From positions 558,001 to 622,000 of the forward strand of contig JAXLNO010000446.1 of NCBI GenBank assembly GCA_038087875.1: a stretch of 64,000 nucleotides of DNA, given 5' to 3'. Positions 9,601 to 21,200 of this stretch are shown piece by piece. Each line of letters begins with the position of its first letter. Position 1 is the stretch's first letter. The notes below the pieces were generated by a model. It did no database searches. It saw only the letters and a program-made list of their open reading frames with translations, and was not told where the DNA came from. A program made the translations under genes and the position numbers. The stretch is from Malacoraja senta (Eukaryota).

Positions 9601-12600
9601 GGAGTCCCCGAGGCTGGCGTTGGGGTTCCGAGGCTGGCGTTGGGGTTCCGAGGCTGGCGTTGGGTTCCGGGGCTGGCGTTGGGTTTCCGGGGCTGGCGTT
9701 GGGTTCCGGGGCTGGCGTTGGGGTTCCGAGGCTGGCGTTGGGGGTTCGGAGGCTGGCGTTGGGGTTCAGAGGCTGGAGTGGTGTTCAGAGGCTGGCGTTG
9801 GGGTTCAGAGGCTGGCGTGGGGTTCAGAGGCTGGCGTCGGGGTTCAGGGCTGGCGTCGGGGTTCAGGGGCTGGCGTCGGGTTCAGAGGCTGGCGTTGGGG
9901 TTCAGAGGCTGGCGTTGGGGATCAGAGGCTGGCGTTGGGGTTCAGAGGCTGGCGTGGGTTCAGAGGCTGGCGTTGGGGTTCCTAGGCTGGCGTTGGGGTT
10001 CAGAGGCTGGCGTTGGGGTACAGAGGCTGGCGTTGTGGTTCAGAGGCTGGCGTTGGGGTTCTGAGGGTGGCGTTGGGGTTCAGAGGCTGGCGTTGGGGTC
10101 CGAGGGTGGCGTTGGCGTTCCGAGGCTGGCGTTGGGGGTTGAGCGGCTGGCGTTGGGGGTTGAGCGGGCTGGCGTTGGGGGTTGAGCGGCTGGCGTTGGG
10201 GGTTGAGCGGCTGGCGTTGGGGTTGAGCGGCTGGCGTTGGGGGTTCAGGGGCTGCCGTTGGGGTTCAGCAGCAAGTGTTGGGGTTCAGAGGCTGGCTTTG
10301 GAGTCCCGAGGCTTGCGTTGGGGTTCCGGGGCTGGCGTTGGGTTCCGGGGCTGGCGTTGGGGTTCGGGGCTGGCGTTGGGGTTCCGGGGCTCGCGTTGGG
10401 GTTCCGGGGCTCGCGTTGGGGTTCGAGGCTGGCGTTGGGGTTCAGAGGCTGGCGTTGGGGTTCCGAGGCTGGCGTTGGGGTTCTGAGGCTGGCGTTGGGG
10501 TCCGAGGCTGGCGTTGGGGTTCCGAGGCTGGAGTTGAGGTTCCGAGGCTGGCGTTGGGGTTCAGAGGCTGGCGTTGGGGTTCAGAGGCTGTCGTTGGGGT
10601 TCAGAGGCTGTCGTTGGGGTTCAGAGGCTGGCGTTGGGGATCAGAGGCTGGCGTTGGGGTTCAGAGGCTGGCGTTGGGGGTTCAGAGGCTGCCTTTGGGG
10701 TTCAGCAGCAAGTGTTGGGGTTCAGAGGCTTGCTTTGGAGTCCCGAGGCTGGCGTTGGGGGTTCCGAGGCTGGCGTTGGGGTTCCGGGGCTGGCGTTGGG
10801 TTTCCGGGGCTGCGTTGGGTTTCCGGGGCTGGCGTTGGGGTTCCGAGGCTGGCGTTGGGGTTCAGAGGCTGGCGTTGGGGTTCAGAGGCTGTCGTTGGGG
10901 TTCAGAGGCTGTCGTTGGGGTTCAGAGGCTGGCGTTGGGGATCAGAGGCTGGCGTTGGGGTTCAGAGGCTGGCGTTGGGGTTCAGAGGCTGCCTTTGGGG
11001 TTCAGCAGCAAGTGTTGGGGTCAGAGGCTGGCTTTGGAGTCCCGAGGCTGGCGTTGGGGTTCCGAGGCTGGCGTTGGGGTTCCGGGGCTGGCGTTGGGTT
11101 TCCGGGGCTGGCGTTGGGGTTCAGAGGCTGGCGTTGGGGTTCCGAGGCTGGCGTTGGGGTTCCGAGGCTGGCGTTGGGGTTCCGAGGCTGGCGTTGGGGT
11201 TCCGAGGCTGGAGTTGAGGTTCCGAGGCTGGCGTTGGGGTACAGAGGCTGGCGTTGGGGTTCAGAGGGCTGTCGTTGGGGTTCAGAGGCTGTCGTTGGGG
11301 TTCAGAGGCTGGCGTTGGGGATCAGAGGCTGGCGTTGGGGTTCAGAGGCTGGCGTGGGGTTCAGAGGCTGTCGTTGGGGTTCAGAGGCTGTCGTTGGGGT
11401 TCAGAGGCTGGCGTTGGGGATCAGAGGCTGGCGTTGGGGATCAGAGGCTGGCGTTGGGGTTCAGAGGCTGGCGTTGGGGTTCAGAGGCTGCCTTTGGGGT
11501 TCAGCAGCAAGTGTTGGGGTTCAGAGGCTGGCTTTGGAGTCCCGAGGCTGGCGTTGGGGTTCCGAGGCTGGCGTTGGGGTTCCGGGGCTGGCGTTGGGTT
11601 TCCGGGGCTGGCGTTGGGTTTCCGGGGCTGGCGTTGGGGTTCCGAGGCTGGCGTTGGGGTTCAGAGGCTGGCGTTGGGGTTCAGAGGCTGGAGTTGGGGT
11701 TCAGAGGCTGGCGTTGGGGTTCAGAGGCTGGCGTGGGGGTTCAGAGGCTGGCGTGGGGTTCAGAGGCTGGCGTCGGGGTTCAGGGGCTGGCGTCGGGATC
11801 AGAGGATGGCGTCGGGGTTCAGAGGCTGGCGTTGGGGTTCAGAGGCTGGCGGGGTACAGAGGCTGGGGTTGGGGTACAGAGGCTGGCGTTGGGATTCAGA
11901 GGCTGGTGTCGGGGTTCAGAGGCTGGAGTCGGGGTTCAGAGGCTGGCGTCGGGTTTCAGAGGCTGGCGTCAGGGTTCAGAGGCTGGCGTCGGGGTTCAGA
12001 GGCTGGCGTCGGGGTTCAGAGGCTGGCGTCGGGGTTTCAGAGGCTGGCGTCGGCGTTCAGAGACTGCGTCGGGGTTCAGAGGCTGGCGTCGTGGTTCCGC
12101 GGCTGGCGTCGGGGTTCCGAGGCTGGCGTCGGGGTTCAGAGGCTGGCGTCGGGGGTTCCGAGGCTGGCGTCGGGGTTCCGAGGCTGGCGTCGGGGGTTCC
12201 GAGGCTGGCGTCGGGGTTCCCAGGCTGGCGTCGGGGTTCCGAGGCTGGCGTTTGGGTTGAGCGGCTGGTGTTGGGGTTCAGCGGCTGGCGTTGGTGTTCA
12301 GCGGCTGCTGTTGGGGTTCAGCCCTGAGGCTGGCGTTGGGGTTCAGAGGCTGGCGTTGGATTCAGAGGCTGCCGTTGAGGTTCAGATGCAAGTGTTGGGG
12401 TTCAGAGGCTGGCTTTCGAGTCCCGAGGCTGGCGTTGGGTTTCCGGGGCTGGCGTTGGGGTTCCGAGGCTGGCGTTGGGGTTCCGGGGCTGGCGTTGGGG
12501 TTCCGAGGCTGGCGTTGGGGTTCCGAGGCTGGCGTTGGGGTTCAGAGGCTGGCGTTTGGGGTTCAGAGGCTGGCGTTGGTGTTCAGAGGCTGGTGTTGGG

Positions 12601-15600
12601 GTTCAGAGGCTGGCGTTGGGGTTCAGAGTCTGGCGTGGGGGTTCAGAAGCTCGCGTCGGGGTTCAGACGCTGGCGTCGGGGTTCAGGGGCTGGCGTCGGG
12701 GTTCAGGGGCTGGCTTCGGGGTTCAGGGGCTGGCGTCGGGGTTCGGGGCTGGCGTCGTGGGTTCCGGGGCTGGCGTCGTGGTTCCGGGCTGGCGTCGGGC
12801 TTCCGGGGCTGGCCTCGGGGTTCGGGGCTGGCGTCGGGGTTCAGGGGCTGGCGTCGGTGTTCCGGGGCTGGCTTCGGGGTTCCGGGGCTGGCGTCGGGGG
12901 TTCCGGGGCTGCCGTCGGGATTCCGAGGCTGCCGTTGGGGATTCCGAGGCTGCCGTTGGGGTTTCGAGGCTAGCGGTGTTGAGAGGCTGGAGGTGTTGAG
13001 AGGCTGGCGTTGGGGTTCCGAGGCTGGCGTTGGGGGTTCCGAGGCTGGCGTAGGGGTTCCGAGGCTGGCGTCGGGGTTCAGACGCTGGCGTCGGGGTTCA
13101 GACGCTGGCGTCGGGGTTCAGACGCTGGCGTCGGGGTTCAGACGCTGCGTCGGGTTCAGACGCTGGCGTCGGGGTTCAGACGCTGGCGGGTCGGGGGTTC
13201 CGAGGGCTGGCGTCGGGCTTCCGGGCTGGCTCGGGCTTCCGGGGCTGGCGTCGGGGTCCGGGGGGCTGGCGTCGGGGTTCCGAGGCTGGCGTCGGGGTTC
13301 GAGGCTGGCGTCGGGGTTCAGAGGCTGGCGTTCGGGTTCAGAGGCTGGCGTTGGGGTTCCTAGGCTGGCGTCGGGGTTCCTAGGCTGGCGTCGGGGTTCC
13401 GAGGCTGGCGTCGGGTTCCGAGGCTGGCGTTCGGTTGAGCGGCTGGTGTTGGGGTTCAGCGGCTGGCGTTGGTGTTCAGCGGCTGCTGTTGGGGTTCAGC
13501 CCTGAGGCTGGCGTTGGGGTTCAGAGGCTGGCGTTGGATTCCGAGGCTGCCGTTGAGGTTCAGCAGCAAGTGTTGGGGTTCAGAGGCTGGCTTTGGAGTC
13601 CCAAGGCTGGCCGTTGGGTTTCCGGGGCTGGGCGTTGGGGTTCCGGGGCTGGCGTTGGGGTTCCGGGGCTGGCGTTGGGGTTCCGAGGCTGGCGTTGGGT
13701 TCCGAGGCTGGCGTTGGGGTTCAGAGGCTGGCGTTGGGTTCAGAGGCTGGCGTTGGTGTTCAGAGGCTGGCGTTGGGGTTCAGAGGCTGGCGTTGGGGTT
13801 CAGAGTCTGGGCGTGGGGGTTCAGAAGCTGGCGTTGGGGTTCAGACGCTGGCGTCGGGGTTCAGGGGCTGGCGTCGGGGTTCAGGGGCTGGCTTCGGGGT
13901 TCCGGGGCTGGCGTCGGGGTTCCGGGGCTGGCGTCGGGCTTCCGGGGCTGGCGTCGGGGTTCCGGGGCTGGCGTCGGGGTTCCGGGCTGGCGTCGGGGTT
14001 CGGGGCTGGCTTCGGGGTTCCGGGGCTGGCGTCGGGGTTCCGGGGCTGCCGTCGGGATTCCGAGGCTGCCGTTGGGGATTCCGAGGCTGCCGTTGGGGTT
14101 TCGAGGCTAGCGTGTTGAGAGGCTGCGGGTGTTGAGAGGTTGGCGGTGTTGAGAGGCTGGCGGTGTTGAGAGGCTGGCGTTGGGGTTCGAGGCTGGCGTT
14201 GGGGTTCCGAGGCTGGTGTAGGGGTTCCGAGGCTGGCGTCGGGGTTCAGACGCTGGCGTCGGGGTTTCGAGGCTAGCGGTGTTGGGAGGCTGGCGGTGTT
14301 GAGAGGCTGGCGGTGTTGAGAGGCTGGCGGTGTTGAGAGGCTGGCGTTGGGGTTCCGAGGCTGGCGTTGGGGTTCCGAGGCTGGCGTAGGGGTTCCGAGG
14401 CTGGCGTCGGGGTTCAGACGCTGGCGTCGGGGTTCAGACGCTGGCGTCGGGGTTCAGACGCTGGCGTCGGGGTTCCGGGGCTGGCGTCGGGCTTCCGGGG
14501 CAGGCGTCGGGGTTCCGGGGCTGGCGTCGGGGGTTCCGGGGCTGGCGTCGGGGTTCCGGGGCTGCCGTCGGGGATTCCGGGGCTGCCGTCGGGGATTCCG
14601 AGGCTGCCGTCGGGGATTCCGAGGCTGCCGGTGTTGAGAGGCTGGCGGTGTTGAGAGGCTGGCGTTGAGGTTCAAAGGCTGGCGTTGGGGTTCAGAGGCT
14701 GGCGTTGGGGTTTCGAGGCTGGCGGTGTTGTGAGGCTGGCGTTGGGGTTCCGAGGCTGGCGTGGGGGTTCCGAGGCTGGCGTTAGGGTTTACCTGCAGGC
14801 GTTGGGGTTGAGCGGCTGGCGTTGGTGTTGAGCGGCTGGCGTTGGGGTTGAGCAGCTGGCGTTGGGATTCAGAGGCTGTCGTTGGAGTTCAGAGTCTGTC
14901 GTTGGGGTCAGAGGCTGGCGTTGGGGTTCAGAGGCTGGCGTTGGGGTTCAGAGGCTGGCGTTGGGTTCAGAGGCTGGCGTTGGGGTTCAGAGGCTGGCGT
15001 TGGGGTTCAGATGCTGGCGTTGGGGTTCAGAGGCTGGCGTTGGGGTTCAGAGGCTGGCGTTGGGGTTCAGAGGCTGGCGTTGGGGGTTCAGAGGCTGGCG
15101 TTGGGGTTCAGAGGCTGGCGTTGGTGTTCAGAGCTGGCGTTGGGGTTCAGAGGCTGGCGTTGGGTTCCTAGGCTGGCGTTGGGGTTCCTAGGCTGGTGTT
15201 GGGGTTCAGCGGCTGGCGTTGGTGTTCAGCGGCTGCTGTTGGGGTTCAGCCCTGAGGCTGGCGTTGGTGTTCAGAGGCTGGCGTCGGGGTTCAGACGCTG
15301 GCGTCGGGGTTCCGGGGCTGGCATCGGGCTTCCGGGGCTGGCGTCGGCTTCCGGGGCTGGCGTCGGGCTCCGGGGCTGGCGTCGGGCTTCCGGGGCTGGC
15401 GTCGGGGTTCCGGGGCTGGCGTCGGGGTTCCGAGGCTGGCGTCGGGTTCCGAGGCTGGCGTTGGGGTTCAGAGGCTGGCGTTCGGGTTCCTGCCGTTGGG
15501 GGTTAGCTGCAGAAGTTGGGGTTGAGCGGCTGGCGTTGGGGGTTAGCGGCTGGCGTGGGGAGTTAGCGGTTAGGGTTTCGCGGCTGGCGTTGGCGTTCCG

Positions 15601-17822
15601 GGGCTGGCGTTGGGTTCATCGGCTGCGGCTGGCGTTGGCGTTCAGCGGCTGGCGTTGCCGTTCAGCGGCTGGCTTTGGGGTTCAGGGGCTGGCGTTGGGG
15701 TTTCGAGGCTGGCGTTGGAGTCCCGAGGCTGGGCGTTGGGGTTTGAGCGGATGGCGTTGGGGTTACGGGGCTGGCTCTGGGGTTCAGAAGCTTGGTTTGA
15801 GTGGCTGGCATTGTGGTTTCGAAGCTGGCGTTGTGGTTTCGAGGCTGGCGTTGTGGTTTAGCGGCTGGCGTTAGGGTTTCGAGGCTTGCGTTGGGGTTTC
15901 GAGGCTGGCGTTGGGGTTTCGAGACACGTTGGGGTTTCTAGGCTGGCGTTGGGGTTTTCGAGGCTGGCGTTGGGTTTCGCGGCTGCAGTTGCGGTTTAGC
16001 TGCAGGCGTTGGGGTTGAGCGGCTGGAGTTGGGTTTGAGCGGCTGGCATTGGGGTTGAGCGGCTGGCGTTGGGGTTGATTGGCTGGCGTTGGGGTTGAGC
16101 GGCTGGCGTTGTGGCGGAGCGGCTGGCGTTGTGGTTGAGCGGCTGGCATTGGGGTTGAGTGGCTGGCATTGGGGTTGAGTGGCTGGCATTGGGGCTTCGC
16201 GGCTGGCGTTGGGGCTTCGCGGCTGGCGTTGCTGTTTCGCGACTGCCGTTTTGTGGCTGCCGTTGGCGTTTCGCGGCTGGCGTTGGGGCTCGGGGCTGGT
16301 GTTGGCATTCAGTGGCTGGCGCTGGGGATCCGATGCTGGCGTTGGGGTTCAGCGGCCGGCGTTAGGGTTCAGCAGGTGGCGTTGGGTTTCAACGGCTGGC
16401 GTTGGGGTTCAGCGGCTTACGTTGGGGTACAGCGGCTGGCGTTGGGGGTACAGCGGGTGGCGTTGGGGTTCAGGGGCTGGCGTTGGGGTTTCGAGGCTGG
16501 CGTTGGAGTCCCGAGGCTGGCGTTGGGGTTTGAGCGGCTGGCGTTGGGTTACGGGGCTGGCGCTGGGGTTCAGAAGCTTGGTTTGAGTGGCTGGCATTGT
16601 GGTTTCGAGGCTGGCGTTGTGGTTTCGAGGCTGGCGTTGTGGTTTAGCGGCTGGCGTTACGGTTTCGAGGCTGGCGTTGGGGTTTCGAGGCTGGCGTTGG
16701 GGTTTCGAGACTGGCGTTGGGGTTTCGAGGCTGGCGTTGGGATTTTCGAAGCTGGCGTTGGGGTTTCGGGGCTGGCGTTGGGGTTCAGAGGCTGGCGTTG
16801 GGGTTTAGCGGCTGGCGTTGGAGTTTTGCAGCTTCCGTTAACGTTTAGCGGCTGGCATTGGCGTTTCGGGGCTTGCTTTGGGGTTTCAGGGCTGGCGTTG
16901 GGGTTTCAGGGCTAGTTTCGGGGCTGGCATTGGGGTTTAGCTGCAGGTGTTGGGGTTCTGTCGCTGCCGTTGGGTTTGATCAGCTGCCTTTTTTGTTTTC
17001 GAGGCTGGCGTTGTGGTTTAGCGGCTGGCATTGGGGTTCAGCTTTGGGGTATAGCGGCTGGTGTTGGGGTTTAGCGGCTGGCGTTGGCGTTTAACGGCTG
17101 GCGTTGGTGTTAGCGGCTGACCTTGGAGTGCAGAGGCTGGCGATGGGGTTTAGCGGCTGGCGTTGGGGTGCAGCGGCTGGCGTTGGGGTGCTGCGGCTGG
17201 CGAAGTGGTGCAGCGGCTGCCGTTGGGATTTGTGGCTGCCGTTAGGGTTGAGCGGCTGGCGTTGCGGTTTGGCGGCTGGCATTGGGGGTTTAGCGGCTGG
17301 AATGGGTTTAGCGGCTGCCGTTAGGTTTAGCGGCTGCTGTTGGTGTTTAACGGCTGCCATTGGTGTTTAGCGGCTGGCGTTGGGGGTTAGTGGCTTGCTT
17401 TGAAGGTTAGCGGCTGGCGTTGGGGGTGAGCGGCTGGCGTTAGCGGCTGCGGTTGGGTGCAGCGGCTGGCGTTGGGGTTTAGTGACTGGCGTTGAGCTTT
17501 CACGGCTGGCGGGGATTAGCGGCTGGCGTTGGGATTTAACGGCTGGCTTTGGGGTTGCGAGGCTGGCGTTGGGGTTGCGAGGCTGGCTTTGGGGTTGCGA
17601 GGCTGGCGTCGGGGTTTAGCGGCTGGCGTCGAGGTTGATCAGCTGCCGTTGGGGTTGATCGGCTGGCGTTGGGGTTTAACGGCTGCCATTGGGGTTTAGC
17701 GGCTGGTGTTGAGGGATAGCGGCTGTCGTTGGGGTTTAGCGGCTGCCGGGGGTGCGGCAGCTGGCGTTGGCATTTCCTGGCTGGCATTGGGATTTCGAGG
17801 CTGGCGTTGGGGTTTAGCGGCT
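6672..17822 (+). repeat. G-rich 20-bp tandem satellite, consensus GGCTGGCGTTGGGGTTCAGA drifting to GGCTGGCGTTGGGGTT(T/G)AGC
   Basis: Hundreds of 19-21 bp units; 10 of 20 bases are G on the plus strand; one CpG per unit. Confidence 0.98.
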
Positions 17823-17823
17823 T

Positions 17824-17949
17824 TCGATCAATCTGTATGCATTCAAACGGTTGTGATGGCATTGGCGTCACCACTGAGGATACCTTAATTGGTTTGCTTG
17901 TATTCCTTCATTGGAAAATGTTATATTCAGAGTCCTGCTTCAGTCCTTG
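17824..17949 (-). mobile_element. Degenerate ERV/LTR-element integrase-like fragment (related copies start at ~20950, ~25756, ~30201, ~34646)
   Basis: Minus strand reads Q*RNTSKPIKVSSVVTPMPSQPFECIQID; repeat copies read QRSNTGKPIKVPSVVTPMSSLPFEYIQL. Resembles the linker between the integrase zinc-binding domain and core (P-x-P-x-x-PFE-x-x-QIDF). Confidence 0.55.
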
Positions 17950-18298
17950 CAGAGCTGCCAAAAAGTACGGATTTTCCAGATTTTATACGGAAATGCGATA
18001 AGATGTGCGATTTTGTATTGTTAAATACAGATTTTTTTAAGTCCGTATTTAACAAGGCAAAATCGACCATAGATTCGTCATTGCTGCAACTCTGTATGAA
18101 CATGTGACTATGTTTCCAAAACAGTATAAAAAGATGCTGTGTCTTCATTCATTAGAGTAATGGCCTGGGAGGAGTTAAGTATCTGCTGTATGCTTGACTT
18201 TATATCTCCTAGCACTCTCTAGCTAAATGATCAATAAAGCTTGTATTGGTTTTACCTAACTTATTGTAAGTTGTCTGTTTTAAGAAAATTAACCTTAA

Positions 18299-21200
18299 CA
18301 GTTGGGGTTTCGCGGCTGGCGTTGGCGTTTAGCTGCTGTCATTAGGGATTGGGGCTGGCATTGGGGTTTCGGTGCTGGCGTTAGGGTTTTGGGACTGGCG
18401 TTGGGTTTCTGGGGCTGGCGCTGGGGTTCAGCGGCTGGCGTTGGGTGCAGCGGCTGGCGTTGGGGTTGAGTGGGCTGGCGTTAGGGTTTCAAGGCTGGCA
18501 TTGGGGTTTCGAGGCTGGCGTTGGGGTTTCGAGGCTGGCATTGGGGTTTCGCGGCTGGCGATGATGTTTAGCGGCTGGCGGGTGGGGTTTAGCGTCTGGC
18601 GATGGGGGTTTAGCGTCTGGCGATGGGGTTTAGCGGCTGGCGTTGGTGCTTCGGGGTTGGGGTTTCGGGGCTGGTGGCGTTTCGAGGCTGGCGTTGGGGT
18701 TCCGGGGCTGGCGTTGGGGTTTCTAGGCTGGCGATTGGTTTCGCGGCTGGCATTGGGTTTCGGGGCTGGCGTTGGGGTGCAGAGGCTGGCGCTGGGGTTC
18801 AGAGGCTTGCGCTGGGTTTCAGCAGCTTCCGTTAGGGTTCAGCGGCTGGTGTTGTGTTTTCGAGGCTGGCATTGGGATTTAGCGGCTGGCGTTGGGTTTC
18901 TCGTCTGGCGTTGGGGTTTTGCGGCTGGCGTTGTGGTTTAGCGGCTGGCGTTGTGGTTTAGCGGCTGGCGTTGGGGTTCGAGGCAGGCGTTGGGGTTTCG
19001 GGGCTGCCGTTAGGGTTTCGGGGCTGGGGTGTTTGGGCGGCTGGTTTAGCGGCTTGCAATGGGGTTTAGCGGCTGGCGTTGGTGTTTGGCGGGTGGCGTT
19101 GAGGCTGAGTGCCTGGCGTTGGGGTTGAGGTTGAGAGGTTGGGGGTTGAGCGTCTGCCGTTGGGGTTGAGCGGCCGGCATTGGGATTTAGCGGCCGGCGT
19201 TGGGATTTAGCGGCTTGCAATGGGGGTTTAGCGGCTTGCGTTGGGGTTTCGAGGCTGGCGTTGGGGTTCCGAGGCTGGCGTTGTGGTTTCGAGGCTGGCT
19301 ATTGTGTTTCGCGGGCTGGCGTTGTTGTTTCGGGGCTGGCGTTGGGGTGCAGAGGCTGGCACTGGGGTTCAGTAGCTGATGCTGGGGTTCAGCGGCTGCC
19401 ATTGGGGTTGAGCGGCTGGCGTTGAGGTTGAGCGGCTGGCGTTGGGTTGAGTGGCGCGTTGGGGTTGAGCGGTCTGGGTTTAACGGCTGGCGTTCAGGAT
19501 TAGCGGCTGGCGTTGGGGTTTAGCGCTGCTGTTGGGGTTTAGCGGCTGCTGTTGGAGTTGAGCGGCTGGCGTTGGGGTTTCGCGGCTGGCGATGGGGTTT
19601 AGCATCTGGCGATGGGGGTTTAACGGCTGGCGATGTGGTTTTGAGGCTGCCGTTGGGGTTGAGCGGCGGCCGTTGGGGTTTTGCGGTGGCCGTTGGTGTT
19701 TCGAGGCTGCCGTTGGGGTTGAGCGGCTGCCGTTGGGGTTGAGCGGCTGGTGTTGGGGTTGAGCGGCTGGCGATGTGGTTGAGCGGCTGCCGTTGGTGTT
19801 TCGAGGCTGCCTGGCGTTGGGGTGTAGCGGCTGGCATTGGATTTTCGAGGCTGGCTTTGGGGGCAGCAGCTGGCATTGGGGGTTGAGCGGCTGGCGTTGG
19901 GTTTTCATGCTGGCGTTGGGGTGCAGCGGCTTGCATGGGGTTTCGGGGATGGCGTTGGGGTGCAGCGGATGGTGTTGGGGGTTTAGCAACTGCTTTGGGG
20001 TATAGCGGCTGGCTTGGGGTTTAGCGGCTGCCATTGGTGTTTAACGGCTGGTGGTGTTTAGCGGCTGGCGATGGGGTTTAGCGGCTGGCCTTGGGGTGCA
20101 GCGGCTGGCCTTGGGGGTGCAGCGGCTGGCCTTGGGGTGCAGCGGCTGGCCTTGGGGTGCAGCGGCTGGCCTTGGGGTTGCAGCGGCTGGCGTTGGGGTG
20201 CAGCGGCTGGCGTTGGGGTGCAGCGGCTGGCGTTGGGGTGCAGCGGCCAGCCTTGTTGTATAGCGGCCGGCGTTGTGGTTTAGCGGCCGGCGTTGGGGTT
20301 TAGATGCTGGCGATGGGGTTTAGCGGCTACTGTTGCGATTTGCGGCTGCCGTTGGGGTTGAGCAGCTTGCGTTGGAATTTAGCGGCTGGCGTTGGGGTTG
20401 AGCGGCTGGCGTTGTGGTTGAGCAGCTTGCGTTGGGATTTAGCGGCTGGCGTTGGGGTTTAGCGGCTGGTGTTGGGGTTTAGCGGCTGGCGTTGGGGTTT
20501 AGCGGCTGGCTTTGGGTTTAGCGGCTGGCTTTGGGGTTTAGCGGCTGGCGCTTGTGTTCAGCGGGCTGGCGTTGGGTTCATCGGTTGCCGTTCAGCGCTG
20601 GCATTGGGGTTGCGAGGCCTGGCGGGGATGCGAGGCTGGCGTCGGGGTTGCGAGGCTGGCATTGGGGTTGCGGGGCTGGCGTCGGAGTTTAGCAGCTGGC
20701 ATCAAGGTTGATCAGCTGTCGTTGGGGTAGATTGGCTGGCGTTGGGGTTTAGCGGCTGCCCTTTGGGGTTTAGCGACTGGCGTTGAGGGATAGCGGCTGG
20801 TGTTGGGTTCACGGCTGGCGTTGGGGTTCAGCGGCTGGCATTGGGGGTTAGTGGCTGGCGTTGGGGGTTAGCGGCTGGCGTTGGGGGTGCGGCGGCTGGA
20901 GTTGGCGTTTCCTGGCTGGCGTTGGGTTTCGATGCTGGCGTTGGGGTTTAACTGTATGTATTCAAACGGTAGTGATGACATTGGCGTCACCACTGAAGGT
21001 ACCTTAATTGGTTTGCCTGTATTACTTCGTTGGAAAATTTTATATTCAGAGGCCTGCTTCAGCCCTTGCATAGCTGCCAAATAGTACGGATTTTATACGG
21101 AAATGCGATAAGATGTGCGATTTTGTGTTGTTAAATACAGATTTATTTAAAGTCCGTATTTAACAAGGCAAAATCGACCATAGATAAACGTAACAACGAG

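Noticed and set aside
6672..17822. CRISPR-like array
   Set aside because: Contiguous tandem monomers with no unique spacers and no cas genes; eukaryotic context.
17889..18148. Possible missing NEIL3 exon 6 (Cys-containing plus-strand frames)
   Set aside because: No FPG-type zinc-finger pattern (C-x2-C...YFC-x2-CQ) and no compatible splice sites.
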